Shown: positions 1 to 14,091, counted from the whole stretch's first letter. The stretch is DNA of 63,469 bases, filler included, from Squatina squatina (GCA_031763465.1; 4 parts of 3 records of this genome joined end to end with filler, not necessarily neighbours in it); one strand, 5' to 3'. Notes: generated by a model from the letters alone, not told the origin. Program-made: numbers and translations.

Positions 1-2510
1 ACAAGGAACGTGGCATATTTCAAAAGAAAGCTACCCCATAAAGGCAGTGCTAGTGAGTGCTGGGGTTCATTTTAGCTGTCGATGAAAGATGAAGAACAGG
101 AAATCCATGGGTTTAGCTGGACTGAGGGAGGGTTTGAAATGTTTGATGTTGTAACAAAACAAAAGACGTTTACATAGTGGTGTGCATTCCTGGTTGGGTG
201 ATGTTATATCAGTTTTCTTGATATGAATGCATATGAAATAGTTTTATGAGGATTAACAGACCACAATATCGCAACATCCAGTGTGTACAGATTTGATCCT
301 GTTCTAAATAGATTTACTTTTGTAATTTTCCTTCATGATAAATTAGTAATTAATTGTTAATGAATTCTACGTTTAATTGCTAATAAAAATCACTTCGAGA
401 GGAGACGGGAACATTTGAAACCTCAAATATGCACTAGTGCTTTTCGAGTTTCAAATAATCCTTTATTATTAATAAAACTATTCTTTTCAACGAAGACAAA
501 TATTGTTATATACCGTATCAAAATTGATTATATAAAATAAAATGCATCTTATTTTAAATATGGCACAAACTTTAAATCCATTTCCTTAACAACATAACGT
601 AGGATCAAATTAGATTCCGTTCTGTATATCTAACTAGGGACAAACTTTAACATATTGATTTAACACAACAATTTTGAACCGTTTTTTTCTGCAGACAACA
701 TGGTCTAATTAATCCTTTTAAACACGCTTGGTTGTCCTTTCCCCCATTCTGCACAGATTTTTTTAAACTACCCCGGTGGGTGTATATGTGTGTGGTCTTA
801 AGGACTACATCAGAAACGGCGTTTTGTATCGGAGGAGTTGATTTTTGGCTACCCTGTGTAGTGTGTAATTGTGTACCAGTTCAATTAGAACTTCAGCCTG
901 GGACCGCACACATTTCTGCTCAAGCTGCCATTGTTAGCTGCCAATTGTGCGCCTCCCTCCAGAACGAGTGCACCGACCCCGTGGCAAAGGGGTCACGCCA
1001 CACTTGCAGACACAGCGCTCCAGAAAACACCAGACCACGAGTCCGCAACTAAAGCCCGCAAATCGATTCTCCTTACAAGCAGAAAGATGTCCCCAGCTAA
1101 CATATGTCTCATTGAATAATAGTACAATAAATCAATTTAGCATACAGCCAGGGTCACTTGGTTGTACTTGGGTGCGCGCTCGCCTTTGTTTTACTAATAC
1201 TGTATAAAGGCACAGTTTAGACAGTCAATTTAATGTACATCCGAATATATTTCGGGAGTGTGAATAGTATCCATACATTATTAAATTAATATACGCAGGC
1301 GGAAAACTGACTAGGATCTGCGATTTGCTCGGCTGATTATGTTGTGCATCTCTCGGTTGAATATATTCTTGCAAAGCTCTTCTGGTACCTCACAAGACGC
1401 TTTGAGCTCCCCACATGGATCTTGTGATATCAATGCTTTGAGAAAACGCCAACAAAAAGACAGTTTAAAGAAACCGCTATTTTTGAGCGAAAGTAAACGT
1501 AGGGAGCATTTGTTCAGCACTGTGTGTGACATAGTCAAGTTATGCTAAACTGTATAATTACTTGAGGGGTATGTTGTGAAGCTGTTTCTCTCATTCACTT
1601 CTTACACATAGAAGAAATCTCTTTTTTCAATAGCATTACATTATCAAAGAAAACTAATATTAAAATAATAACAAATGAGAATATGCCATATAACAAAATT
1701 TCTGGAAGTTATTGTAGTCCTCAAACAGTTCCCAAAAATGTTCCTTTTCTACATATTTTACTGACGGATTATGAATAAGGAACACAAGCCTTCCACAGAG
1801 AGCCGACTCTATTCTAAAGCTTGATGTACAGGTTATAAGCTCTCAAACCCATAAATCAGGTAGCTTTTCTACACTCTAGTTTATCTTTACTTTCAAACTG
1901 AAATGTGATGCAAAGTAAAAGGTTTGTTTCTGAATCCTACACTAATGCTTGCAGGANNNNNNNNNNNNNNNNNNNNNNNNNNNNNNNNNNNNNNNNNNNN
2001 NNNNNNNNNNNNNNNNNNNNNNNNNNNNNNNNNNNNNNNNNNNNNNNNNNNNNNNNTGTATCACCAGGCTGCAGAATTTATGCAGTGTAACTTTCATGGA
2101 ATAGAAACTTAAAAAAAAAACTTTATTGTGAGCTCAAATTATCCCAGCCTCGCACATCTATATTTGAACAAACTGCTGAAGTGATTTACTAACCATTTGA
2201 CCAAGGTGACTTAATCCCTATAACATTTTGAAGTCCTATTGTAACATTCGGCTAAAATAGAGTAGATAAAAAAATGCATGAAACTCTACTTAAAAATGCA
2301 TATATGAGTGGTTAAATATTTAATTGATAAATCTATATGTTATATAAAAAAATATTATGGCAGCAAACAATTGCAGTTTGTGGACTCTGCCCTTTAAAAA
2401 GTTGCAGCTGGCGTGTGATTAAATTATACTGTTATTTACAAAACTGTAAAGTGAACCATGGTGTACCATGTCATGAATAGAGATGCAAGTCTTCCACAGG
2501 CAGTATTGTT

Positions 2511-2572
2511 CATAGAATCATAGAAGTTTACAGCAGAGAAGGAGGCCATTCGGCCCATCGTGTCTGTGCCAG
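2511..2572 (-). mobile_element. CR1 LINE 3' terminal fragment
   Basis: CATAGAATCATAGAAG...GGAGGCCATTCGGCCCATCG is the reverse complement of the CR1 3' tail; similar copies lie near 33240, 40695 and 60100. Confidence 0.7.
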
Positions 2573-3304
2573 CAATGTCCTTGAATTCCTACGAAATTCA
2601 GTAATGAATGTGCAAAGCACTACGCAGATTTTAGAATATATCCATGAATTTCACTGGGTCCCCCGCCTCCCCACCACCCCTTTTTTAGTGGAATTTCAGT
2701 GACTGAGTGCACCAAATGCTCATCATGAGGAATATACAATTCTGGCAACGGAATTCTGCGAGAGCTGGGACCTGTCCATGCCTTTCTCCATCTGGTTCAT
2801 TCCCAATCTTAGCCAACCCATCCAGGGGAGATACTGAATAAAGATCAGGCACTTCCTCCACAGAGGGAGAGAGAGAAAAAAAAAGTGGGACAGACCAACG
2901 TCGCATATCATCTTCGGGCTGGTTATAAGATGACTGTTCAGTTTGGGCTTTTTCCGAACATTCTGTCATGAGCTCACTGCCGGAAGGCTGTTTTTATAAG
3001 CAATTCAAGATTGCTATGACCTGAAACCCGTGCCCTCGTTACATGTCACATCTGAGCGATTGAGGCTGAATTTCCTTAGGGGTTTTCCATCTCATCCGCC
3101 AAAAGTTCAGCGGAAGAGCCCCAAAAAGCCTGGAGAAACGGCATAAACTGCTGGTGGCTGGGGTGGTGCCCCCATCAGCCATACAGGGGTGCTAGTGAAC
3201 GCGCAGGGCACTCCTGACCTAGACCGCACCCCCTTACAATGGTGAGCATGTTTGGGGCAGGTGGGAGGCTCTTTCTCGAACATGTAGAGACTTCTGCGCA
3301 AGGC

Positions 3305-3420
3305 TGGGACCCGACGAAGTGTCTGCACCTGGAACATGAGCTAATGTTCCCTCTCCGCCGGTACTGCCTGGTCTACTTAATGTTTCCAACATTTCCTGTT
3401 TTAGATTCAGATTTCCGCTT
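3305..3420. mobile_element. Penelope-like element terminal repeat fragment
   Basis: Resembles, in opposite orientation, the copy at 23435-23499 (GCTGGAAAAACTCAGCAGGTCAGGCAGCATCTGTGGAGAG). Confidence 0.45.
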
Positions 3421-4923
3421 TTTGTCTATAGTATGACATCTATTTGATGGCTTGACACCTACATAGCACTATGGTGAGGACACCCTGTTAGAACTGAGAG
3501 ATATCAGAACGGTTTAGTTGCACTGGAGAATTGAAGGAACATGCAGAATGTTAGAAAGTCTTCTGAAATTACTTGTTTGTTTTTGAGAAAAAAAACGCTC
3601 TAGAAAGCGCCACAAGGACCATATTGTGCATTAACATTTCTTAAGAATGTTGTTTGTGGAACAAAAACTAAAACGACACAGGGACGCTTTAATGCCAGAA
3701 GAAGCGTGTTCACTCCACTGCGTTTCGGTCCCCCTCGTTCAGCTTTTCAGAAAACTCTCCAAGTTGGGCAAACTGAAAAGAAAAACAATAATTAGAGATA
3801 ATTGCTTGTGTCCAAACATAAGCATCAAAGCATTTTGGATTTATTTGTAATGTGCTATGGTGTGTAATCCAAAAGGATGACCCCTATTTTGCTTACTGAG
3901 TGGGAGCACATACTGAGTGACAGATGGAGTGGACCCAATGCACTCGTCACGGGCTCAGCCAGGGCACCGATTGTGAAGGAGACAGTCGGCGAATAAAGAG
4001 ACGGAGAAAGGTACAAAACGAGGGTCAAAAGAGGGTGCATAATTATCAGGGGTGGCTGAAGGTAGAAAAACAAAGAACACCACACTCGATTTTAACAAAC
4101 TGTGCATGCACCAGATTTATTTTCCCCAAAACCTAAAGAACTGTACACTGTGCACGTATGGAGTTCTTGTAATAGAAGCAACAATCTGTTAAAAGTGTGT
4201 CTGTGAGTGAGAAAGAGGGTGAGGGTAAAAGGATCCGTGTTTTTATTTATTTTAAAAACGTTATTTTAATTAATTTTTTGAGGTATGTTGGAAAAGTATA
4301 ACCTTAGTGCGTTTGACAGCTGGAGTGGAAAAGAACCCTCAGATCTTCACCTGCAAGCATTTTAATCTAGAATGCACAAGAATCTCAACGTGACAGGACT
4401 CTGAAGCCCGGAGGCCCTGGGGAAGGGTGATCTTAGGATCTCCGTAGCTTTCGGCCTTGGTACATGTGAAGACAGTTAAAAAAGGTGACTTCACCAGGTG
4501 AAATTTGCACAATGTTACTTTCATGTGTGTATCTTGCAACGCTGTTGGGGGAAAGGGACTGATAGCATAAAAGACCTGAACGTTCTTCAGCATTGTGTAC
4601 GGAAACAGTGCGGGAGGAGAGGCTGCGGATGGTTTTGTACACAAGCCTCACCTTGACGATCTTAGCCCTTGGCCCAGGCCAGGCAATTAGATGTGGGTGA
4701 ATGGAGATTCTTAAATGGGGACACTCAAAGGGGAGAGGGTGAGGGTGGGAGCAACACTGCCTTGACATTCTCATGACCCATTAATCAGGCTGAACTTACA
4801 AGTTGATGCTTTTGAAAATGGATGCTGTTCATAGAATTAATTAGAGGGGCAGCTTTATTATTTAAAGACATGCAACGTCAAGACCTTGCCGAAGATCTTT
4901 ACTGGTGTGAATTCCACGAATTA

Positions 4924-5066
4924 AGAACATAAGAAATAGGAGCAGGAGTAGGCCATTTGGCCCCTCAAGCCTACTCCGCCATTCGACGAGATCATGGCTG
5001 ATCTGGTCTCTCAACTCCAATTTCCTGCCCTATCCCCATATACCTTGATTCCCTTAATATCCAAAA
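4924..5066 (-). mobile_element. CR1 LINE 3' end
   Basis: AGAACATAAGAAATAGGAGCAGGAGTAGGCCATT...ATCATGGCTGATC is the reverse complement of the CR1 tails at about 12930-13003 and 37375-37460. Confidence 0.85.
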
Positions 5067-8000
5067 TTGTTGACAGGCTCTCCCTGCTCATGCCTGCCAT
5101 TGGTAGGGCTCAATGGCCTCTCTCCGTTCTCACGTGGGTACTGTCATCTGTAAACCTTAGACTGTACTGAATAAAATGACCTCTGTAGAGGCAGTGATCA
5201 GAACATTGTAACTGGCCTTAGCGCTCCCAGCTTGGGGAGAGGGGGAAAAAAGATCAACCGGTGTTCCCGGTCCTGATTACTATCCAATGACCTCTGCCAG
5301 AAACTGCACATATGGATGTTGGGTAAAAAGAAAGAAATTGCGTTTATTTAGCGTCTTTCACGAGCTCAGGATGTCTCAAAACAGTTTACAGTCAATGAAG
5401 TACTTTTGAAGTGTGGTCNNNNNNNNNNNNNNNNNNNNNNNNNNNNNNNNNNNNNNNNNNNNNNNNNNNNNNNNNNNNNNNNNNNNNNNNNNNNNNNNNN
5501 NNNNNNNNNNNNNNNNNNCGCTTCAGTGGGCGAGGAGAAGGGCTACTGCAGGGCTTGGGGACTTGTGACTAGGGCAGGTGAGGAGAGGAAGCTATTTGTA
5601 CAAAACAAATGTAATAATCATGGAGCTGTGGAATGCATTTGGTGATTGAATATACTTCTTAATGAGGCCATTTAACATCTGAAAGAACAAGGTAAATCAT
5701 TTCAAATCCGGATCTTCATCAGAAGGAATATTTGACTAGTTGAAGTGATTTACCGATGAATGGACAGATCAGGACAAAGGCCTGAACAACAGGGCTTCTC
5801 GTTGGAGTATTTGGAAAGCAGTGGTTCGTGTGATAAGATAAAGTGCAGTTTTTTTGGGCCCGCAGTCTATTACACAGTAATGGGTTTTGAACGACCTAAA
5901 CGATTTGTTGACTGGGACAATACATCTATTGTCCCCAATTGCATTTTTTACAGAATTGAATGCAAGCTTTTGCACAAAAGAGCGTATATTCTGACAAAAC
6001 TACAAAGATTGTTTTATCAGGCTGTTTTATAGCCATGAGCAGAGTTTTCAAAGGAGCATAGAGCCAGGTGAACAATCTTCAAGATCCCCATGATACCCTT
6101 CCAGTTGTCATTTCCGAAAGGTTCTGAGCCTAATATGTCTAGTATACTTTATTGAAATTTAGTAAGTAAAATAGTTCCAAATCGTTGGACATCGTTAAAA
6201 CATTATCTCTAATGCGTTAACAATGGCTAATTATTCATTTACTGGTCGTAAAACCTGCAATAACATAAATTAGTCAAAATATATATTTATAGATTCTTCC
6301 TATGACCTGAGTGAAGATTCTTTCCACCCTCTCCCTCCCTTTAATCGGTCTGGTAATGTGAAACGAGCGGAGCTCCGGTCTTTATACCAAAGTAGTTCAA
6401 CGCCAATTATCTGCTGTCACTGAAATATCTGTATGTAGGACGGATCTGTCAGGGAAATGTGTGAACGCGCTATATATAATAACAGCTGGATCATGTATCA
6501 CATTGCTTGTTTAATAACCCCCCTCCTTCGCTGTGGCAGGTCACGTTAATCTCTTCGGATGTTGAACCACTTCAGATCCGATCTCACTGCTCCTCCAACA
6601 CGCTAAGGACGGCATTGCATGTGAAAACTGCACAAAAGGCATAAGCAATGTAATGAATTGTATTTTACTTCTGAAGAATCATTTGGCATATCTTCCATTG
6701 AAGTCTTTGATATAATGACTAAAACAAATTGTAATTTTATCTTTCCCATGACCTATTCTAAAGCACGGGTATTTGATTAGGTGTTGCAATATTACGCGAA
6801 ATAATCTCTAAATGAACTGTTATTATCAAAGTGTAGGTTAGAAATACAACGTGTAATGTAGTGCATGTGTCGCAAAGTGTTCCCTTTCCATCTTCAGGTT
6901 TCGAGCTAAAGACTGCTCGCCCCAGGAAATGAAGCCGTTTGTCCAAATTGTCTGCACAGCTCCATGCCGAGTGCNNNNNNNNNNNNNNNNNNNNNNNNNN
7001 NNNNNNNNNNNNNNNNNNNNNNNNNNNNNNNNNNNNNNNNNNNNNNNNNNNNNNNNNNNNNNNNNNNNNNNNNNATCAGCGTACAAACTTCAGCTATAAT
7101 AACTGTGACCACGAAAACAAAGTCTAAACAGTTTCTGCATCTTCCAACATAAGAGTTAATCTATTTTTTGGCACAACATTGAAAATAGAATGAACACAGC
7201 ACGATTCGGCAGAGATAATTCCAATTAATTATATATATCCGCAGTATTTTGTTTTTGTTTAGAGTCCAGTTAATTATTTCTACCTTTTAATTAATTATAT
7301 CTGCCTTTTAAAGTCCCAACTACAGAAAACACGGTGGCAAGAACAAATTTTGTGATTCAAAATATTTAGCAATCAACGGTTATGTTGAATTTGGAATATA
7401 TGGAAAGTAGGTGAAAATCTAAATATTAAACCGTACATATATTATCTGTGCAGATTAGCTTGTATTATAGATTATAGAAATGAGGCAGTGTTTAAAATAT
7501 TAACAAATTGATCGGTCCTAAAACATAAAATACTGTTTTGAATGTGCAGTGTGATTTTTATTTTTAAAACTCAATTTGTTGATGAATTCAGCATTCAAAA
7601 TGGTATCATAATCGCAATGGGCACATTCGGTAATTTGTTTTTGATCTTCGGTAGTTTCTCTGGACCTTCGGTGTACTTTACATCTAACAAATTGGGATCC
7701 ACATATTATCAATTATTCGGCTTCAAATGTCCCTGGAGCCTCATGAAGTAAAACAATCCGGTTTTAATATTATCAAATTACTTCACAACATTCGGCAAAT
7801 CGATGACATTTGCGAAACGCAATCTTCAAACGAGTTCGTGGGTAACACAGTGTCCAGTGTCCATCTTGATAAAACAACGCTTTTATGATTAAAGATAATG
7901 GTTCAAAACGAGCTGTAGGATTTGGGGGATTTTAAGATAAACTTAAATAGATATCGAGCAACGGGATATTCACGATAAACTGCTCTGTACGCTCAGTGCT

Positions 8001-9339
8001 CCCGAATTGCAGTAGTTTTGTTGGAACAGAGAGTGATTATCTTATCTTAACTGTTCAACCGAGCTTCCTCGCGTCTTGAACTCTTGTGTTCTCGGCACAG
8101 CTAGCCCTAGCTTCCCTGCTCCTCTATTATAAACTAACTCTGACTCAAGAGCCACTATTTAACCTTAGTTTCGTTAAATCAACATTGCTTTTGAAGTCCG
8201 CTTAAAGCAGGAGCACCTAGAGGCCAGGCGATTTTATGCCTTAACATGTATGGCAAATCCTGAGCGGTTAAGTAAACTTAACCTTCATTTATGAAACTTA
8301 CGAAACAAAGGGCAAATGTGACTTGTGCGGTAATTACAGCAGAGCCGGGGCGGGGGTCACTTAAACGAGCCCCCAATGCCACGCAATCCTAATGAGTTTA
8401 CCAGAAATTGATTCTCTATAATCGTTCTATTTATATGCAGCTTCCTGCCCCTCCCCCATTAGTCTCTAGCTAGCAGGGATCAGAGTGGACAACCAGTTGA
8501 TGCTTTTTGAAGGTTTTAAATTAAAATCCGTAAGTTTTGTTAAAGGTTTGGCCTGGAGTTTTCCTGCATGTCTGGCCTGTGAGAATGTTTTATTTTCCGT
8601 TGTATAGGCATGTAGGCTCTATTTGTCGCCATTTTGTCTTTTATTTCTCTGTTGTCTGTTGAAGGGGAGAGAGTGTATANNNNNNNNNNTATGGAAAACC
8701 TACCACCGCCCTTGCACCTAGCAGAAAAATGCCGAAAAAGTGACCTTTTATATAAATGTATATCAATGAAATACAGAGAGCGGCATAGCTTGTCCAACTC
8801 TAATGATTTAATTCTGCCGTTTTCTCCAGTAATTTATTTCAATGTTATTGTATTCAATATCTGTTGCTGACAACCCCACTTCGAAATCAGTCCAGTTACA
8901 CATAATACACAAACTGGTTGGTTGAATCATGCTGAATTTGTGAAAGTGACCTAAAATTAACAAGCAGTCACCTCGATCGATAACCAGCAGTTTTAAAGCA
9001 AGTACATTTTCAGTTCTTTGTCTTTCAAAACGGGTATTTAACACATACACGTATATAGACTCTATAAAACGGCTCTCTGTAGCATAGAACAACACAGGAA
9101 TGTTAAGTACACACAGAGAGACCCAGAGTTGGGTGGTTTCCTATTTTTACTGCCTTGTTGGTTCCAGTTTGNNNNNNNNNNNNNNNNNNNNNNNNNNNNN
9201 NNNNNNNNNNNNNNNNNNNNNNNNNNNNNNNNNNNNNNNNNNNNNNNNNNNNNNNNNNNNNNNNNNNNNNNGCGTGCATTTCCATAAGCGAGTATGCATT
9301 TTCTACAAATTAAAACTTGAACTTGCATGCAAAATATCT

Positions 9340-9510
9340 AGGATAACTTGGGGGCAGCTGCTCCATAAAACCCACAAGGGCATCCTCAAAGCCAGATTGA
9401 AGCAGGTCTGGATAGAGGTGACTGAAAGAGTTAGTGCCACCAGCATCACTCCCAGGACCTGGGTTCAATGCAGGAAGAGGTTTAACAGCATTACAAGAAA
9501 AACAAAGGCG
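9340..9510 (+). mobile_element. Harbinger/PIF ORF1 (Myb/SANT-like DNA-binding protein) remnant
   Basis: Translates to KARLKQVWIEVTERVSATSITPRTWVQCRKRFNSI, a Myb/SANT trihelix pattern (W-x-E-V...R-T-W-x-Q-C-R-K-R-F); lies next to a HARBI1-like fragment. Confidence 0.75.
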
Positions 9511-9832
9511 AGTACAACTCTTCATCTCTCCACCTCTCTTCACAGCACCCCACAACAGTCCTGCCACCCCCTTCACCAATACTTTCATCAATTCCCCTCC
9601 CTCCATCACATCCATACAATCACAAGAGCACACTGCCACTCCTCTCTTCCAAACACACTCACTTCTTCCTTTCCTCACTTCACACATGAAAACCATTCTC
9701 TTCTCACATCCTACCACTTGTACAACCACCCACTCTTCCCACCACTCCTACCTCATTACACATTCCACACTTGGCTTTGCATTTATCACCTCCTCATGAC
9801 AACATGAGTGCAGTCAATTATCCCTCGGACAG

Positions 9833-10139
9833 AGGGGAAGCCGGACACAGCTGCAAATCCTCAAGCTGTCTAGTGTTGACTATTGAGGTCAATGAGGAAG
9901 GTGATGTACTGGTTAGCACTGGTGAACAGTGCGCCGGTGACTTGCTTCACACAGCTGTGTACTGTGGGCTGGGAGATGCAGTTGATGTCCCTGTAGCAGA
10001 ATGGAAGGAGCCAGTGGTGAGGAAATTAAGGGCTGTGGTGACTTTGTAAACCACTGGCAAAGCATGGCCCCTTGGTCCAGGAGGCTGCAGAAGTCTGCAA
10101 CAGCCTGCCTGGAAAAGTACAGCTTCCTGATGCACTGCT
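9833..10139 (-). mobile_element. Harbinger transposase (HARBI1-like) N-terminal remnant, frameshifted
   Basis: GHALPVVYKVTTALNFLTTGSFHSATG / DINCISQPTVHSCVKQVTGALF...YITF...GFAAVSGFP, with a frameshift and stops. Confidence 0.85.
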
Positions 10140-12435
10140 NNNNNNNNNNNNNNNNNNNNNNNNNNNNNNNNNNNNNNNNNNNNNNNNNNNNNNNNNNNNN
10201 NNNNNNNNNNNNNNNNNNNNNNNNNNNNNNNNNNNNNNNCCACTGATTACAGGGACCGAATAAGCCAAATTCTTATCAAATGGCATTCCAGGATTGTTAT
10301 CATTGTTTTGGGGACGGCATTCCACCATTTTCCTCGTAAACTGATAACCAGTGGCTTTGTCCATTCATTATAGTCTTTGAAAGGACTGTGGAAACAATAA
10401 TTGTTTCAATACAGTATGTCCTTGGCTGCATTTTCTGTACCAAAATCTTTTTTTAAATTAAGGCACTCTGTCAGATCAACAACCTATCTCACACTAGATA
10501 TACAATTTAATGTAAGTGGCATCATTCAGTGAACGTGTCAAAATGGGATGAAAGCATTCAGTAGGATAATTGCACTCATTAGTGGTGTAAGCCAACCTAA
10601 AAGATCAACACTTCACCATAGTATTTATTTCACAACACTGCATGACCCTTTTGCTGTATGCAGATGGTTGACCCTCTAATTTCCCATCTGTATTTATGAA
10701 ATGAACCTTAATGCAATGTTTCAAAGTAACGGCTTGAAATCTTGTATCATTTTCCTACATGGATTTTATCGCAATTATATTCAGTGTGGTAAGCTTGTCC
10801 TGGATGGATTTTGTTCAAAAATTCTTTAGTGTTTATTAAGTGCTGATTGTGATGGAGAACAGTACATATTTTTGAACTGTTTATATCTCGTNNNNNNNNN
10901 NNNNNNNNNNNNNNNNNNNNNNNNNNNNNNNNNNNNNNNNNNNNNNNNNNNNNNNNNNNNNNNNNNNNNNNNNNNNNNNNNNNNNNNNNNNNNNNNNNNN
11001 NNNNNNNNNNNNNNNNNNNNNNNNNNNNNNNNNNNNNNNNNNNNNNNNNNNNNNNNNNNNNNNNNNNNNNNNNNNNNNNNNNNNNNNNNNNNNNNNNNNN
11101 NNNNNNNNNNNNNNNNNNNNNNNNNNNNNNNNNNNNNNNNNNNNNNNNNNNNNNNNNNNNNNNNNNNNNNNNNNNNNNNNNNNNNNNNNNNNNNNNNNNN
11201 NNNNNNNNNNNNNNNNNNNNNNNNNNNNNNNNNNNNNNNNNNNNNNNNNNNNNNNNNNNNNNNNNNNNNNNNNNNNNNNNNNNNNNNNNNNNNNNNCTTC
11301 TTTGGGAGCTTGAAGTCTTAACCTGAGGCTACAGGCAGTAATTTGTGTAGTCTACACTTTGAATTGTTCCATTGATTTACATTTAAAATTCAAAAGCAGC
11401 CTCAATTAATCCTTTTGAGTAACCTGGGTTCCAAATAATAAACTGTTTCAATACAGTCGAAACTAATTAGACTGTTTTACATAGTTTGAAAATTAAGCAT
11501 AGCAACAGCCTTCTGGAATACAGAGAGAGACTTAAAGCACCACTTGGTAATTAGGATAAATTATCATTCAGCCAGAAGTGCCACCTACATCTCTCGCATC
11601 CACTGTAATGGCAAGTTTTTCTGCCAAAATCTGACTCATGAATGATAGAAAGCATCTTCAGTCTCATAATGATCAGTGCAGATTAATTAGACAGGCAATT
11701 AACATTGTGCATAAGAAACAAGTGGGTAATCAAGAGATGTGTTGTCTGCATGATAGTGCCATTGGAAGGTTTCAATTTCGAGGCAATTGTCATGAACAAC
11801 AATGCCTAGAGAATTGAAAAGGATTCCGAACCGTGCACATACACTCCTACCATAAACTTACTTAAATTTCTTTTTCTATATATTAAACAATACTCGAGCC
11901 AGCCCTGACCTATACAAGTTAAATTAGATACACTTTTGTCTGTTCTTGCGATTGAGTATAAGAGGCTTCCATGTTATCTTCACTGAGGCTCTGGATCTCA
12001 GCGTTTCCTATCAATTAGTTTCTCAGTTCCCATACCCACCATGACATTCCTATCTATGAGTGAAACTAATTGTATATTAACTCTGTAATGTGATCACAAT
12101 ACTTTTGAATTATAAACGATAAAAATAGCAAATTCTAAGATTTTCTACTCTCTTTGACTCAGTGATTCGGATTTATTTTTAAACTGGCCAAAATTGCACA
12201 CTCTTGTCTATATATATTACACTATTTTCTCTGTGTACTATATCTGGCATACATTGCTCGGTACTGCCTGACTACAGTATATTATTGCCAATTTAAGATG
12301 CATTTACATTGCAGCTACTGGTCTGAAACCGATAGCTGCAGTTTGGGCAGCCCTGTTTACATTGCTCGGCTCCTGCCTGGCAACATCCTGTTTAGGAGAC
12401 AGTGCTGCACATGGCTGAATATATGCTCAGGGAGA

Positions 12436-12535
12436 NNNNNNNNNNNNNNNNNNNNNNNNNNNNNNNNNNNNNNNNNNNNTTAATTAATTAANNNNNNNNN
12501 NNNNNNNNNNNNNNNNNNNNNNNNNNNNNNNNNNN
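12436..12535. other. Artificial scaffold-joining spacer (N44-TTAATTAATTAA-N44)
   Basis: TTAATTAATTAA at 12480-12491 gives stops in all six frames and is centred in N runs; an identical construct occurs twice more. Confidence 0.95.
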
Positions 12536-13003
12536 TCACCAGCCTGATTCTGGAGATGGCAAGACTGTTGTATGAGGAGAGACGGGATCGACTAGGCCTG
12601 TATTCACTAGCGTTTAGAATAAGGAGGGGGGGATCTCATTGAAACTTATAAAATTCTGACAGGACTGGACAGACCAGATGCATGGAGGATGTTTCCCCTG
12701 GCTGGGGAGTCTAGAACCAGGGGTCAGTCTCAGGATACCGGGTATGCCATTAAGGACTGAGAGGAGGAGAAATTTCTTCACTCAGGAGGGTGGTGAACCT
12801 GTAGAACTCTACAGAAGGCCATGGAGGCCAAGTCATCAAATATATTCAAGGAGATAGATATATTTCTTGATACTAAAGGCATCAAGGGATATGGGGAGAA
12901 AGCAGGAACATGCTACTGAGTTAGAGGATCAGCCATGATCATATTGAATGACAGAGCAGGCCCAAAGGATCAAATGGCCTATTCCTGCTCTTATTTTCTA
13001 TGT
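12536..13003 (+). mobile_element. CR1 LINE 3' portion (RT C-terminus plus 3' tail), degenerate
   Basis: Closely similar to the copy at 36845-37462; ends in GGCCTATTCCTGCTCTTATTTTCTATGTT. Confidence 0.9.
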
Positions 13004-13371
13004 TTCCTGAATGCAAGTTTCCCTCACTGATGAAGTACTACTCAAAACAAAAAATAGAAAGCATTCCAAATAGGGTGGACAATTATTTCATTGTAAACAA
13101 GTTGTCCAATATTTTACATACAGCAGAAGTATTCCAGAATTATACAAGAGTTATAGTATCACAGTCCTGTGGTCTGATTCCAAGACGACAAATGCATGCT
13201 CACAAAACTGATACAAGCACGTACTGATAAATGTGAATAAGTTACAACCGTTTTAATGCCTTCTAGCACTGCAGTGCAATGGTGACATTGCTGCAAGGCA
13301 AATGAGGCAGTGGCACAAACTCCAGAAATGTAGAGACCAACCTTGAGGTGGATTCTGCATTGCCACAAAGG

Positions 13372-13493
13372 CTACTTCCAGTGGCAATGAGATAACAGCT
13401 GTTTGGGGGATGGCTGCCATGTTTTTGAACGTTTGGCTGGCTGAATGGCTAGGACTTCCATAACGAGCAATGAAGCAGGTTTTTTTAAAAAAT
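13372..13493 (-). CDS. TUT7: Candidate TUT7 terminal coding exon
   Basis: A CAG acceptor followed by a phase-1-compatible open frame (D)FLKKPASLLVMEVLAIQPAKRSKTWQPSPKQLLSHCHWK* just downstream of the CCHC exon. Sequence conservation is weak. Confidence 0.4.
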
Positions 13494-13726
13494 CTGTATA
13501 GATTCTGCAGTCATTAGATCAGAAAAATAAAGCTGTGAACTATGACTTTAGAAGTAAGTATGTAAGTGCAGTTGCTCGTGTTGCAAAGTTATTAAATCTA
13601 TCCCACTGAATTCCATCGCACCAGGATCTTTGGGCTGTATTACAGAACTGCAATGTAAGACAGCCAATTAGAATCAAGCCCCGAATAACTGACAGCTAAA
13701 ACTCAACCTTCATATTTAACCAGTAC

Positions 13727-14091
13727 CTTTGTGACGAGGACATTCTTTTTTGAAGTGACCTTCCTTCCCACAGATAAAGCAACGTTTATCTCTGTCCTCC
13801 TGCTTCCTCCTTTGTTCTGGATATTGCCTTGGAGTTCTGTCCCTGAGAATTTCATTTGGTGCTCGGTCTTCCTTTGATGTCCTCGGTGTACGAACCTCTA
13901 GGTATGACTCTCCCTCTTTTACGGGAACATCCTTTAAACCATGCCGATGCAGTTTTGGCACTTCCTTGTTTGGGGATTCTTGGTCTTCAGGTTTTCTTTT
14001 TGCTTTGGTTTCGAAGGGTTTTTGAAATTTGTCATTGAACCCTGATTTGGATCTAATATCATCAAGATTTTGTCGTCGTCTTGTTTTGCTG
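13727..14091 (-). CDS. TUT7: TUT7 exon with C-terminal CCHC zinc knuckle
   Basis: KTRRRQNLDD...DKRCFICGKEGHFKKECPRHKG matches the TUT7 last knuckle (KRCFICGREGHIKKECP); TAGCAG acceptor, G|GTACTG donor. Confidence 0.9.

Noticed and set aside
2685-4774. Several 60-113 aa ORFs in scaffold 1
   Set aside because: No recognisable domains or consistent exon structure.
10872-11321. Long ORFs made mostly of X (also 16777-17664 and similar)
   Set aside because: Artefacts of translating through N gaps.
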